A stretch of DNA of 64,000 nt from Octopus vulgaris (lineage: Eukaryota): assembly GCA_951406725.2 (NCBI GenBank), contig OX597816.1, positions 140,926,001 to 140,990,000 on the forward strand. The letters run 5' to 3'. The notes beneath the pieces were generated by a model that made no database searches, was not told where the DNA came from, and was given only the letters and a program-made list of their open reading frames with translations. Below, piece by piece: positions 13,899 to 25,529 of this stretch. The translations under genes and the position numbers were made by a program. Within the stretch, counting starts at the first letter, position 1. Each line of letters begins with the position of its first letter.

Positions 13899-14528
13899 AA
13901 AAAATGAAGTTCGAAAATGCTGCTGTATTATACAATTTTTAATTTTTATATATACATTATAACATGTTTCAGTTCCTGAAATATATGTGGTGTGACTGTG
14001 TGGTAAGAAGTTTGCTTATTAACTACATAGTTCCTGGTTCAGTCCCACTGTGTGACACTTTCAGCAAGTGTCTTCTACTATAGCACCAGGCCTACCAAAG
14101 CTTTGTGAGTGAATTTGGTTAACAAAAACTGAAAGAAGCCTATCATACACACACACACACATACACACATGTGTGTGTATGTATGTATGTATGTATATAT
14201 ATATATATATATATATACATATATGATATGGCTCAGTGGTTAAGGTGTTGCACTCATGATTACAAAATTGTGGGTTTAATTCCCAGACCCGGCGCTGTGT
14301 TCTTGAGCAAAGCATTTCATTTCACATTGCTCTGCGATCATTTCAACATCTGACATGAATCACCTGTTGCACCTGTACAGGTAATGTCGATCTGATGGAG
14401 GGAGTGAGCTTATGCCTACACAAACATTTCATCACTATAAACAAATTATCTGTGTGGTTGTTCGATTAGAAATTGTCGAACCTTCATACATCATACATCA
14501 TCTAATGATGGGAAGTCCTTTACCACAT

Positions 14529-14562
<34 letters not shown>

Positions 14563-14838
14563 ATAGTGTGCGTGTGTGTGTGTGTATGTATATATGTGTG
14601 TGTGTATATATATATATATATACTTTATTCCTTTTTTCTTTTAATCTTTAATTTGTTTCAGTCATTTGACTACGGCCATGCTGGAGCACCCCTTTAGTCG
14701 AAAAAATTGTCCCCAGGACTTATTCTTTGAAAGCCTTGCACTTATTCTATCGGTCTCTTTTACTGAACCGCTAGGTTATATATATATATATATATGTGGG
14801 TATCTGTGTGTGTGTATATATGTGTATATGTATATATG

Positions 14839-14873
<35 letters not shown>

Positions 14874-14890
14874 GTGTAGAAATATATATT

Positions 14891-14941
<51 letters not shown>

Positions 14942-14951
14942 TGTGTGTGCG

Positions 14952-15233
14952 TCATCATCATTTAACGTCTGCTTTCCATGCTGGCATGGGCTGGACGGTT
15001 TGGCTGAGGACTGGTGAGCCAGAGGCTGCACAAGGCTCAATCTGATCTGGCAAAGTTTCTACAGCTGGATGTCCTTCCTAACGCCAATCACTCCGAGAGT
15101 GTAATGGGTGCTTTTATGTGCCATCGGGCCAAGAGCCAGTCAGGCAGTTCTGGCAACGACCACGCTCAAAAGGTGTCTTTTATGTGCTACTTGCACGGGA
15201 GCCAGTCCGCTGGTACTGACAATAACCACACAC
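14952..15233 (-). mobile_element. RTE LINE 3' UTR fragment
   Basis: Same 3' terminal sequence and (CAT)n tail, adjoining a (TA)n/(TG)n tract. Confidence 0.85.
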
Positions 15234-15572
15234 TGGCTCGAAATCTCTGGCGCCACTGTTGACACTGGCTTACATTTATTGTCCAATCCCCAAATACTGC
15301 ATTAATATTCCTCGCACTTTCCATTGTGCTGTTGTTTTTATTAAACTCATAAAGCAAAATATGCTGAATATGCTCCCTTGTCACTTCCATTATAGTTTTG
15401 AAAACATAACTGTTAAAAATCGAACTGCATTCTTCAAAACTTGCGCTAAGAATAAGTACAAGGTAAAATTACTACCTGCTTTTATAGCAAGTTGATGCAG
15501 GTAGTTTATCCCTCTCTGACTATTAGTTCATGCAATTGAAAAAACTGCATATTTATGGGATGACTCAATATA
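15234..15572 (-). mobile_element. mariner 5' fragment (N-terminal HTH)
   Basis: MEVTREHIQHILLYEFNK...SARNINAVFG...QCQQWRQRFRA is a typical mariner first HTH. Confidence 0.75.
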
Positions 15573-15581
15573 TATATAATG

Positions 15582-15617
<36 letters not shown>

Positions 15618-16205
15618 AGTATAATATATACACACACATATATATAATAATATACATGTATAAATATATATATATATTTGAGAACATATTCTTTGTGGAA
15701 AATAGTGATTTGACGTCTATATCTAGCATGTTGACCATCCGCTTTTAGTGGTCAGTCCTTTAAATTTTGTATGTAAAAATATTTTAATCTTCGGACTTTT
15801 TTACTATGCTGGGCGACTGGTTTTAATTGATTAATATCAATTTCTACCCTTATTAAATTATATATATATATATATATCAGTTCATTGCTAAACCTCGCTA
15901 AGATAAATATTTCAATTAACCTGACTGTAACCATAACTCGAATTATTACGAATTGTACAGCCATGAAACGATCGTAGTGTTTTACTCTTTATCTTTTATT
16001 AAACTTTTAATACTTTTGGTATATATTTAAAATAATATAAATTAATTAATTTTATGTATTGGCTTATGTTTTTCATTGTTTGATTTGCCTAATAGTGGTT
16101 TTATCTCTAATTTATATAATATAATATAATATATTTTACTATAAAATTGGATTTAATCCTAAATCTGATTTTTCCCTGTAAGTTTGGATTTATTCCCTAA
16201 TATTT

Positions 16206-16239
<34 letters not shown>

Positions 16240-16318
16240 ACAATATATACATACATATATATATGTATGTGTTTGTGTATATTTATAATATATATCATCA
16301 TATATATATATATATATA

Positions 16319-18757
16319 TACCAATCGGGCCAACATACCAGCCAAATTGACTACATCCTTACAAGGCAAAGGGAGAGATGGCTGCTTATAAATGCCAAAA
16401 CCTTCCCAGGTGAAGAATGTACCCCACAACATAGACTGGTAGTTAGTGACTTTAGGATCAGGACTAGGAGGACAACCAGAAGACGACAAATATGGAGAAG
16501 AAGGATCTGGAAGCTTAAAGATCCTGCAAATGGACAGAGATTTAGGGACATATTACTTGAAGCCTCTGACGAAGTAGAAGGGGATAGAGCATCACAGGGG
16601 GTAGAAGACAGCTGGACGTTTCTAAGGGACAACCTGCTGAGAGCCACTGACCAGATCTGTGGCTGGTGCAAAGTCCCCTCTCGACCTAGAATAACGTGGT
16701 GGTGGAACAACATTGTAGACAGGGCTATTAGAGAAAAGAGACAGGCTTGGAAGGTCTGGAAAAATGGGGGTAGCAGGGAATTGTATCAGACTGCCAAAAG
16801 AGAAGCTAGGAGACAGGTTTATTTAGCCAGAGGGGAAGCAGATAAGAAAAAATTTGCCAATGTTCTGCGCCGTGAGGACCAAAAACTGGAGGTGTTTCGT
16901 GTTGCAAGACAGTGTGTGAGAGAGAATCGTGATGTGGTAGGAGAGAAGTGTGTTCGCATGGAAGATGGTTCACTTGCGCTAAATGAGGATGCAAAGAGAG
17001 AGGTTTGGAGATGCCACTATGAAAGGTTGCTGAATGAAGAAAATGAATGGGATAAAGAGAGTCTGCCGAATGTTGACCCAACAGAGGGACCAGCTATCCG
17101 AGTTGATAGTTCTGTGGTAGCTAAGGCAATTAGAAGCATGAAGACAGGGAAAGCCCCAGGCCCATCAGGAATCACTGCAGAGATGCTCAAAATGTCTGGT
17201 AGTGTTGGCTATAGCCTAGTCACCCATATAGTTAATCAGGTGATACACAAAGGGGTCATACCCAATGACTGGTGTAGCAGTATAATAGTCAACTGCTACA
17301 AAGGTAAAGGTGATGCCCTAGATACAAATAACTACAGAGGTATCAAGCTGTTGGACCAGGTGATGAAGGTTACAGAGAGGGTCATAGCCCAACTAATTAG
17401 AGAGAGAGTTAGTTTAGATGAGATGCAGTTTGGGTTTGTGCCAGGGAAAAGTACTACTGATGCTATATTCCTGGTAAGGCAGCTGCAGGAGAAATACCTA
17501 GCCAAAGATAAGCCCCTGTACCTGGCTTTTGTTGACATGGAGAAAGCCTTCGACAGGGTCCCCCGATCCCTTATCTGGTGGGCAATGAGAAAACTAGGGA
17601 TAGATGAATGGTTAGTGAGAGCTGTGCGGGCCATGTATAGGGACGCCGCTAGTAGGGTGAGGGTTGGAAATGAGTACAGTGAAGAATTCCGGGTAGAGGT
17701 AGGGGTCCACCAAGGCTCAGTACTCAGCCCCCTCCTATTTATCATAGTCCTCCAGGCAATAACGGAGGAATTCAAGACAGGATGCCCTTGGGAGCTCCTC
17801 TATGCTGATGACCTTGCTCTAATTGCTGAGTCGCTATCAGAACTGGAGGAGAAGTTTCAGGTGTGGAAACAAGGATTAGAATCGAAGGGCCTTAGAGTCA
17901 ATCTAGCTAAAACCAAAGTCGTAATCAGTAGGAAGGTTGACAAATCACAAACACCTTCAGGTAGATGGCCCTGCTCGATCTGTAGAAAAGGTGTAGGTAG
18001 AAACTCTATAAGATGCACCAAGTGTAAGCTATGGACACATAAGAGATGCAGCAATGTCAAAGGAAGGCTAACTAGGAAGATGGTTTTTGTATGTGGCAGA
18101 TGCTCAGGAACAATAAACACTGAAAATGCTCTGAGACCAACTTCTGTCACTTTCCAGGGAGAAAAACTAGAAATAGTTGATAGTTTCCGTTACCTAGGTG
18201 ACCAAGTCAGCAGCGGGGGCGGGTGTGCTGAAAGTGTAACTGCTAGAGTAAGAATAGCTTGGGCAAAGTTCAGAGAGCTCTTACCTCTGCTGGTGACAAA
18301 AGGCCTCTCGCACAGAGTGAAAGGCAGACTGTATGATGCGTGTGTACGAACAGCCATGCTACATGGCAGTGAAACATGGGCCGTGACTGCTGAGGATATG
18401 CGTAAGCTCGCTAGAAATGAAGCCAGTATGCTCCGATGGATGTGTAATGTCAGTACTCACACTCGGCAGAGTGTAAGTACCTTGAGAGAAAAGCTGGACC
18501 TAAGAAGCATCAGTTGTGGTGTGCAAGAGAGACGTTTGCGCTGGTATGGTCATGTGGCGAGAATGGATGAAGATAGTTGTGTGAAAAAGTGCCACGCCCT
18601 AGCGGTTGAGGGAACCTGTGGAAGAGGCAGACCCAGGAAAACCTGGGACGAGGTGGTGAAGCACGACCTTCGAACTTTAGGTCTCACTGAGGAAATGACT
18701 AGAGACCGAGACCTCTGGAAGTGTGCTGTGCGCGAGAAGACCTGGCAGGACAAGTGA
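16319..18757 (+). CDS. LINE ORF2-like polyprotein: partial AP endonuclease, reverse transcriptase and inserted PHD-type zinc finger (no native start codon)
   Basis: The track ORF 16781-18757 continues in frame upstream to 16319 (SQIDYIL...PQHRLVVSDF). RT motifs KAPGPSG, NYRGIKLL, QFGF, FVDMEKAFDRV, GVHQGSVLSPLLF, YADD (17801), FRYLG, and the RTE C-terminal RLRWYGHV...GRGRPRKTW. Confidence 0.92.
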   Translation, partial: YQSGQHTSQIDYILTRQRERWLLINAKTFPGEECTPQHRLVVSDFRIRTRRTTRRRQIWRRRIWKLKDPANGQRFRDILLEASDEVEGDRASQGVEDSWTFLRDNLLRATDQICGWCKVPSRPRITWWWNNIVDRAIREKRQAWKVWKNGGSRELYQTAKREARRQVYLARGEADKKKFANVLRREDQKLEVFRVARQCVRENRDVVGEKCVRMEDGSLALNEDAKREVWRCHYERLLNEENEWDKESLPNVDPTEGPAIRVDSSVVAKAIRSMKTGKAPGPSGITAEMLKMSGSVGYSLVTHIVNQVIHKGVIPNDWCSSIIVNCYKGKGDALDTNNYRGIKLLDQVMKVTERVIAQLIRERVSLDEMQFGFVPGKSTTDAIFLVRQLQEKYLAKDKPLYLAFVDMEKAFDRVPRSLIWWAMRKLGIDEWLVRAVRAMYRDAASRVRVGNEYSEEFRVEVGVHQGSVLSPLLFIIVLQAITEEFKTGCPWELLYADDLALIAESLSELEEKFQVWKQGLESKGLRVNLAKTKVVISRKVDKSQTPSGRWPCSICRKGVGRNSIRCTKCKLWTHKRCSNVKGRLTRKMVFVCGRCSGTINTENALRPTSVTFQGEKLEIVDSFRYLGDQVSSGGGCAESVTARVRIAWAKFRELLPLLVTKGLSHRVKGRLYDACVRTAMLHGSETWAVTAEDMRKLARNEASMLRWMCNVSTHTRQSVSTLREKLDLRSISCGVQERRLRWYGHVARMDEDSCVKKCHALAVEGTCGRGRPRKTWDEVVKHDLRTLGLTEEMTRDRDLWKCAVREKTWQDK

Positions 18758-19367
18758 GTCCACAACCCGTGGCCTTCTACATGGGATGGAGCCAGCCTAC
18801 GTATGCATACCTTCCCTTCTTGGGACACAAAACTCTACTTGTGAAGACGTGTTGAGGCAAGTGAGGATCAGAATCGAAATCGATCAATGGAAATTGCGGA
18901 TGTGCTACCAGTGCCGGTGGCATGTCGAAACTCTGCTTGTGAAGACCCATTGAGGCAAGTGAGGATCAGAATCGAAATCGATCAATGGAAATCGATCAAT
19001 GGAAATTGCAGATGTGTTACCAGTGCCGGTGGCATGTAAGAGAACTTTCCGTTTCGCTGACCGTTGCCAGCACCGCCCCGTTTCGTGTCCGTTGCCAGCC
19101 TCGCCTGGCCCTCGTGCCGGTGGCACATAAAAAGCACCATCCGTTCGTGGCCGTTTGCCAGCTCTGTCTGGCACCAGTGCGGTGGCACGTAAAGCACCCA
19201 CTACACTCACGGAGTGGTTGGCGTTAGGAAGGGCATCCAGCCGTAGAAACACTGCCAGATTTGACTGGGCCTGATGAAGCCTTCTGGCTTCACAGACCCC
19301 AGCAGAACCGTCCAACCCATGCTAGCATGGAAAACGGACGCTAAATGATGATGATGATGATGATGAT
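16319..19367 (+). mobile_element. RTE-clade non-LTR retrotransposon (LINE), 5'-truncated inside the APE domain, with intact RT, 3' UTR and (GAT)n tail
   Basis: Starts abruptly after a (TA)n tract at YQSGQHTSQIDYIL (APE C-terminus). Contains RT motifs, a GC-richer 3' UTR and the end CCATGCTAGCATGGAAAACGGACGCTAAATGATGATG; (TA)n on both flanks. Confidence 0.95.
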
Positions 19368-19387
19368 ACCTATGTTTGTATTTATAT

Positions 19388-19441
<54 letters not shown>

Positions 19442-19474
19442 CTATGTTTATATATATGTGTATATATATATATT

Positions 19475-19875
19475 TACTCTTTTTACTCTCTCTTTTACTT
19501 GTTTCAGTCATTTGACTGCGGCCATGCTGGAGCACCGCCTTTAGTCAAGCAAATCGACCCCAGGACATATTCTTTGTAAGCCTAGTACTTATTCTATCGG
19601 TCTCTTTTGCCGAACTGCTAAGTTACAGGGATGTAAACACACCAGCATTAGTTGTCAAGTGATGTCGGAGGGACAAACACAGGCACACAAACATATACAC
19701 ACACACATACATATATATGACGGGTTTCTTTCAGTTTCCGCCTGCCAAATCCACTCACAAGGCTTTGGTCGGCCCGAGGCTATAAGTAGAAGACACTTGC
19801 CCAAGGTGCCACACAGTGGGACTGAAATTGAAACCATGTGGTTGGGAAGCAAGCTACTTACCATACAGCCACTTT
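19475..19875 (-). mobile_element. tRNA-derived SINE family B (CORE-like CCTTGGGCAAG segment, internal microsatellite), full-length
   Basis: Head GGCTGTATGGTAAG...TTCAGTCCCACTG; tail GGTGCTCCAGCATGGCCGCAGTCAAATGACTGAAAC. Other copies or parts at 6575-6732, 7915-8190, 8305-8540, 13985-14150, 14630-14780, 37135-37400, 53130-53460 and 56508-56650. Confidence 0.85.
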
Positions 19876-19887
19876 TGATATATAAAT

Positions 19888-20662
19888 ATCATCATCATCA
19901 TCATCGCTTACTTTGCATTGTCTATGCTAGCATGGATTGGACAGTTTGACCAAAGCTGACAAGCTGGAGAACTGCACCAGGCTTCAGTCTGATTTGGCAT
20001 GTTTTCTATAGCTGGATGCTCTTCCTAACACCAACGACTTTACAGAGTTTGCTGGGCACTTTTACATGGCACCACATGACCACTTTTACTTTGCGCTGCA
20101 TGAACGTTTTTATGTGGTACCGACACAACTACTTCTTACATGGCATTGGCACAAGACTTTTGCAGGCCTATCTTCTTCACTAGGGGAAGTGGCTTTAACA
20201 CTTCTGCTGTGGAGTACAGGTCTTCTTGAGTACAGCAAGGTACATGCCAGATACCCCAGTCCTTTGTCATCTCATCTGAAAGGTTCAGCATCTTGAGGTT
20301 GTCTTTCAGCACTTCTTCCCATGTCCTCTTGGGTCTCCCTCTTCCATGTGTTCCATCTATTTTGAGAGATCAGCTCTTCTTTATGGCACTGTCAGTATTC
20401 ATCCACATATGACCAAACTAGTGCAGTCTTCTCTCTTACACACAGCAACAAATTCCTTTCTTCTGCCAAACTTCTCTCTCAATACACTAGCACTCTGTTG
20501 AACATGTACACTTACATTACACATCCATCAGAGCATACTAGCCTCATTCTTCTCTAACTTTCATATGTCCTCTGCCTTTAGGGTCCACATCTCTCCACCA
20601 CATAGAATTGTTGTCCATATACATGCATCATACAATTTTCCTTTCACCCAGAGAGTAAGATT
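19888..20662 (-). mobile_element. Older RTE LINE 3' fragment with RT C-terminus
   Basis: KGKLYDACIWTTILCGGEMW in ORF 20561-20866(-); (CAT)n tail at 19888. Confidence 0.8.
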
Positions 20663-21099
20663 ATATGATACATGTATACACGCACACACACACACATGAT
20701 TATGTATGTATGTATGTATGCATGCACGTGTGTGTGTGTGCATGTATGTGTGTTCTTGTCTTGACTTCGATAACAGTATCACTGGCATACAAGCAGTGTC
20801 ATTCATTTCCAATATTCTGCAAGAACATGTCTGGCCAGGAGAAAATACTATCTTACTTGGAAACAAATGAAGGTAGGTGACTGGAAGGGCATCCAGTCAT
20901 AGAAAATCTGCCTCAAATACAATTAGTGCAACTTGTTAAAGCATGGAAAAGTGGATGATGATGACGACGATGATGATGATATATTTCAAATTTTTTCTAA
21001 TAGAATTTAAATTGTATTGCAAAAACAACAAATGATTACTTTAGCTTCAAATATTTTATCAAATAACAATTCTAACATGCTTCTTCCTACATGATTGTA

Positions 21100-23080
21100 T
21101 ACTCACACTTACTTAAGCACGTATATAAATCCTCTAAAAATGTAGCTAATCATCAATCAATGATTTTCTTGAGAGCACTTCTCCCATTCAGTGATCTATC
21201 CACATTTATTTTTATAAAATTTGATCACTGAGAATAGGATAAAATTTCTTTTATATCAATCACTTTTTCTTTATGTATTATATATCAGCCTTTTGCTTGC
21301 CATCTCCAGATTTTTTCTGATGACTAGAAAGTTTCATAAATGACTGATCACCCTTCTGAGAAGTTGTTACATATTTTGAACTCTGTTTTGACTGGGTACA
21401 CTTTCAACTGGGATCATTATTTGAAATGAATCATGCTGTGTGAGCACTGCTGCATGGAATGGAAATGATATAAGCTCTCACTTTCTTCAGATTTGTAAAA
21501 GAGAACTCAGATTTACTGAATAGCATCAGATAATGTTCTTAACTATGGTTGAATACCAACTCAGGAATACTGATAATTGACTCCTCATATAATCCACTTA
21601 TCTCAACATCTCAAAGGTTATAAATCTTGACAGTATCATAGAATTCTCCGAAAGGTATGTAACTTATCAAGCTAAGTTTCAATGATTTATTATGAAAGCT
21701 GTTTTCAGAGAAGTAATACCCATCACTAACACACTTTCTGAATCTTCCATAAAAAGTTATGCAGTTTGATTTATATTGTTAAGATGCATCAGGGGCAAGC
21801 TGGTTAAGCTTGGTGTGCACTGCAAATAAAGTTATGACTGACAATGCTTCACAGCATGACAGATTTTAAACAGTTCTGTTGGCAAGATTTGCTCCAGAGA
21901 AACTAGAATTTAATGTTGAAAATAATCCGCTTAAAGTGCATAACTATTGCAACATCTCACTTAAAATGACAGCATAGCTAAAATAAATGTTAGGAATTCA
22001 TGGGTGTTCATAATTGTAATCTAGAGAGCTCTTTCTTTGGCCATCTATAAACAGACTATTTAAATATTGAGAGGATCTAAGATGTTATTTTCAGAGTTTA
22101 AGTGAAGAGGTGTATCTCAAGGCTCTGAAGAAAATGCTTGTGAATTCTCTTTCATAATATTTGTAAGGAAGAGCTTTAGTTAGATAAACTAAGTACTTGA
22201 CTGGAAGAGTGAAAGGCAAAGTAGGCACCAGATGAGTTAAATGTAAAAGAATGTAATTAAATACTGGTAGTATTCAATATAATCAACTGTTTACACCCCA
22301 ATATGCATAGTTCTGAGGCTAATTTAGAAATGAATCATAAACATAAAATGACTATCATAAATATAAAATGTGTACTTAAATTATTATATATTTTATATAA
22401 ATCTAGTACAAGAATAAATATGAAATATCACTATGTACAGATTAAATTCAAGAGGTCATGCGTTCACACACATTAACATATTTCTAATTTAGCAGTTAAT
22501 AACTCCTATGGGCGTTATTCAATTTCTTACATCTAAAGCAAAGTGCCTAATTCTTCAAATGCCTGCAAATAGTGAACTGTTGGCTGTGTTTGACTTGAAA
22601 GATGGTTCCTTCTTGATCACTGATGAGTTGGGCTCTTGCTGAATATATCAGATCATTAGATGGAAAATGAGGATTCATACTTCATCTCACATCACTGCAA
22701 GATATTGATAGATGTAGGAGCAAGCAACTCTACCAATATCATGTCATTAGTTAAGAGAAGTAACTCTTTAAGTCTCTCTGAAATTCTTTTCTGAGCTGGT
22801 TTGCTGGAACTCAACCCAGTCAATGACTTATCTGTGATGGTAGAAAGAAATCATTATAGATTTCTTGAGGGACTCCATGCTCTCAGGAAGTGAACAATTA
22901 AGTGACTCACTCAAGTTATAGAGAAGCCCTATCAACAATACTCCAGGCTGTAACAGAATAGTCATGTCACTGGTCACTAAGCTTCCATATGAAATGTGAC
23001 AAAGAGGTAGAATTCATCCTGTTCCTGGACCTGAATGTATGTAGATGTTAACTGTAATATCTCTTGAAATTGCTTGCAAT
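21100..23080 (-). mobile_element. Very old hAT-like transposase relic (tentative)
   Basis: The minus strand near 21800-21830 reads TGCAGTGCACAC.AAGCTTAAC, about CSAHKLN (hAT CxxH motif) after one frameshift; no long ORF. Confidence 0.3.
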
Positions 23081-23109
23081 GAGCTCAGAGTTCCTCTAAA
23101 TACAATTTG

Positions 23110-23700
23110 GTGAAGCAAGCTTAGCTCTGTACATCACGGGCTTGAAAAAGCAAAGCCCCACTCTTCTGCAGACAAGTGGTTTGATCTTGGAAACTGCAGG
23201 TGGGTTGTTGGTGTGTAGGAAGTGCAGATGTATGATTTTGGTTGATGCTTGTAATGGTGGACACATCATCATCTAGGCAAGAATAACTCACTTTAACATT
23301 ATGTGCATTAAAAAATTTGTGGTATTTATGTGAGTGGCACTTTACAAAAGACAAGTTCTAATTAATATTATTAATGATGTCTCTGTTATGGAGTGGATTA
23401 AACCAAATGAATTTCTGTTTCCTGATACTTACATCTGGAGTGGACAGTAGGGTTAATATTAACTAACCTTTGCCTAAAGTCACTCTTGGTTAGAACATTA
23501 ATAAAGTAGAGTTCTGCTCTGTTGGATATTTCCATATCAGAGAATAGATTGGAAACTCTCCTACTGACTCCTGCAACAAGTTCCTAATTATAGCTGAAGG
23601 TGAGGTGGAGGTCTTATGTATGTATTATATTCTCTCCTCATTTAGCTTCCTATAGGAGTGTTTACCTATCTTAAGATAAAATAATATCTTGGGAATTAGC
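23110..23700 (-). mobile_element. Penelope-like element relic
   Basis: KFIWFNP and HKFFNAHNVKVSYSC motifs, typical of the linker upstream of GIY-YIG. Confidence 0.65.
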
Positions 23701-24234
23701 TATTGTTAGACTGGTGGAAATATAGAATATGCATATGATACAAATTCCTTGTTTTAAATAACATTCTCATTATTAAGCTGGTGTTTGGAACATAAATTAA
23801 CCTGAAATTTTGACAGAATGTTTTAAAGAAATCTACATTAAAACCTTCCATAAAAAATTCTTGTTTATTTAAAATTCCAAACATCAGCTTAATAAAGATA
23901 GCTATTTTTTTTTTTAACAAATTCTTCATTATTTTCAAAATTAATTGAAGCAGTGTATTTCAACAGAAATATGTTAACAAAAGTGTTAACATTCTTGTTG
24001 CAGTGAACCCACCAACCAATGTTTAATGAATTATAAATACATCCATAATAAAGGGAAAAAATCATTATCATTTATGATGAATCTTGCCAAGAAAGGCAAA
24101 GGAGAAAACTCCAAACTCCAAATTGATTAAGAGTTGATTGGTGGTGGTGAGTATGCAGTGGCGAGTGAATCTGATTACAGGTAAATATGCTCTTCATGCA
24201 GAATGCGCCACTGGGAAGATTTTTCACTGTAGTT

Positions 24235-24650
24235 TAACCCTTTAGCATTTAAACTGGTCATATCTAGCCCAAATATTCTCCCCATCTGATATACCACAAC
24301 TGGAAAAATGTGAGATGGTCCTTATTAGAACCTTTTTAACCCAATAGTATTTAAACTGGCCATATCCAGCCCCAAATATTTTACCTGTTTTATGTTCAAA
24401 GTGGTTAGCTCCTGCCTCTCACACCTACCCTACAATGTCATTTTGGAAATAAACAATCACATCATTGAAATCTCAAAGCTATTAGATAATGTATGATTCA
24501 ATTTCAAGCTAAGCAACAAGTGAGAACTTCATCAGGTTGTTCAGTTCTCTCTCTGGTGGTTTATTCAAAACAATGTGAATGTGAAACCATTCAAAACATT
24601 ATAAATAAATAAGTATTACATTTGACAGAATAATCTGAAGTCTGAAAAGT
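24235..24650 (-). mobile_element. piggyBac-type MITE (family 2) with a duplicated end and a captured segment
   Basis: TTAACCCTTTAGCATTTAAACTGG at 24235, repeated at ~24336; body matches the other family-2 copies. Confidence 0.7.
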
Positions 24651-25529
24651 TGTTAGTTTAACTTTGATCATCTATTAATGAAGTGACTCATTAATGTTGT
24701 AAATATGACCCTATTGTCATCAAAGAAAGGAAAATTCAGATGATTTCGACTGCTCTGTTCTTCTGACTCACAATCATCTGAGGTTATTTGTTGAAACCGT
24801 ATCAAATGAATTTATTATTATATGTTACAGTCATTGAATACAGAAAATAAGTTGCTAAGTAAAATAAAGTCTGTATGATCACAAGATTGGTAAGTGTTTG
24901 GAAAATCAATTGTTATATCAATTAACCTACTTTGAAATGAACAGCCAGGTAGTTTCTGTGTCTACTCACAACCATGAAATTACTTGGCTTCTTGCCAACG
25001 TATTAGGTCTGTTTACAATTTTATTTCATTCCATTCAAGTTTATTCCACTTCTAAGTTGGATGTAAGTTGAATTAATTTTAGGTTAACATCTGCATGATG
25101 TCATGTAATGATTGGCTACAGTATCTGCAGTGTTTTCTTTATGAATATACAGTATTGCATCAGGTAAAACTGTTTTCTTTTACACAGACTTTAGGATTAA
25201 GCCGTTGAAATTTACCTGTGTATAATTAATGATCGCTTTGATTTACTTTATTTCAACACGTGCAAATTCATAATTGTTTCTGTCTCAACATCTCCCTCCT
25301 CTCTCTCTCTCTTCACAAAATGGAAGAGTGAAACTTAGCAATTGTTAAAGCAATTAACAGCTATAGATAATTAAACCACTAGAGAGACAGAACTGAACAA
25401 CCTGATGAGGTTCTTGCTGTTGTCGTTTAGCTTGAAATTGACTTGATCAAAAGATCTGTAATCAAAGCATTCCAGCCATAGCCACCACCACAACCACTGC
25501 TGCCGCTGCCACCAACATCACCACTATTA

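Noticed and set aside
15885-15990. Hammerhead-like half motif (hairpin, then GAAA-CGATCG-TA) in an AT-rich pseudo-LTR-like repeat at ~15690-16210
   Set aside because: No CUGANGA or paired 3-8 variant could be placed before stem II.
16806-18828. Antisense ORFs overlapping the LINE
   Set aside because: Shadow ORFs of the RT coding strand with no domain signal.
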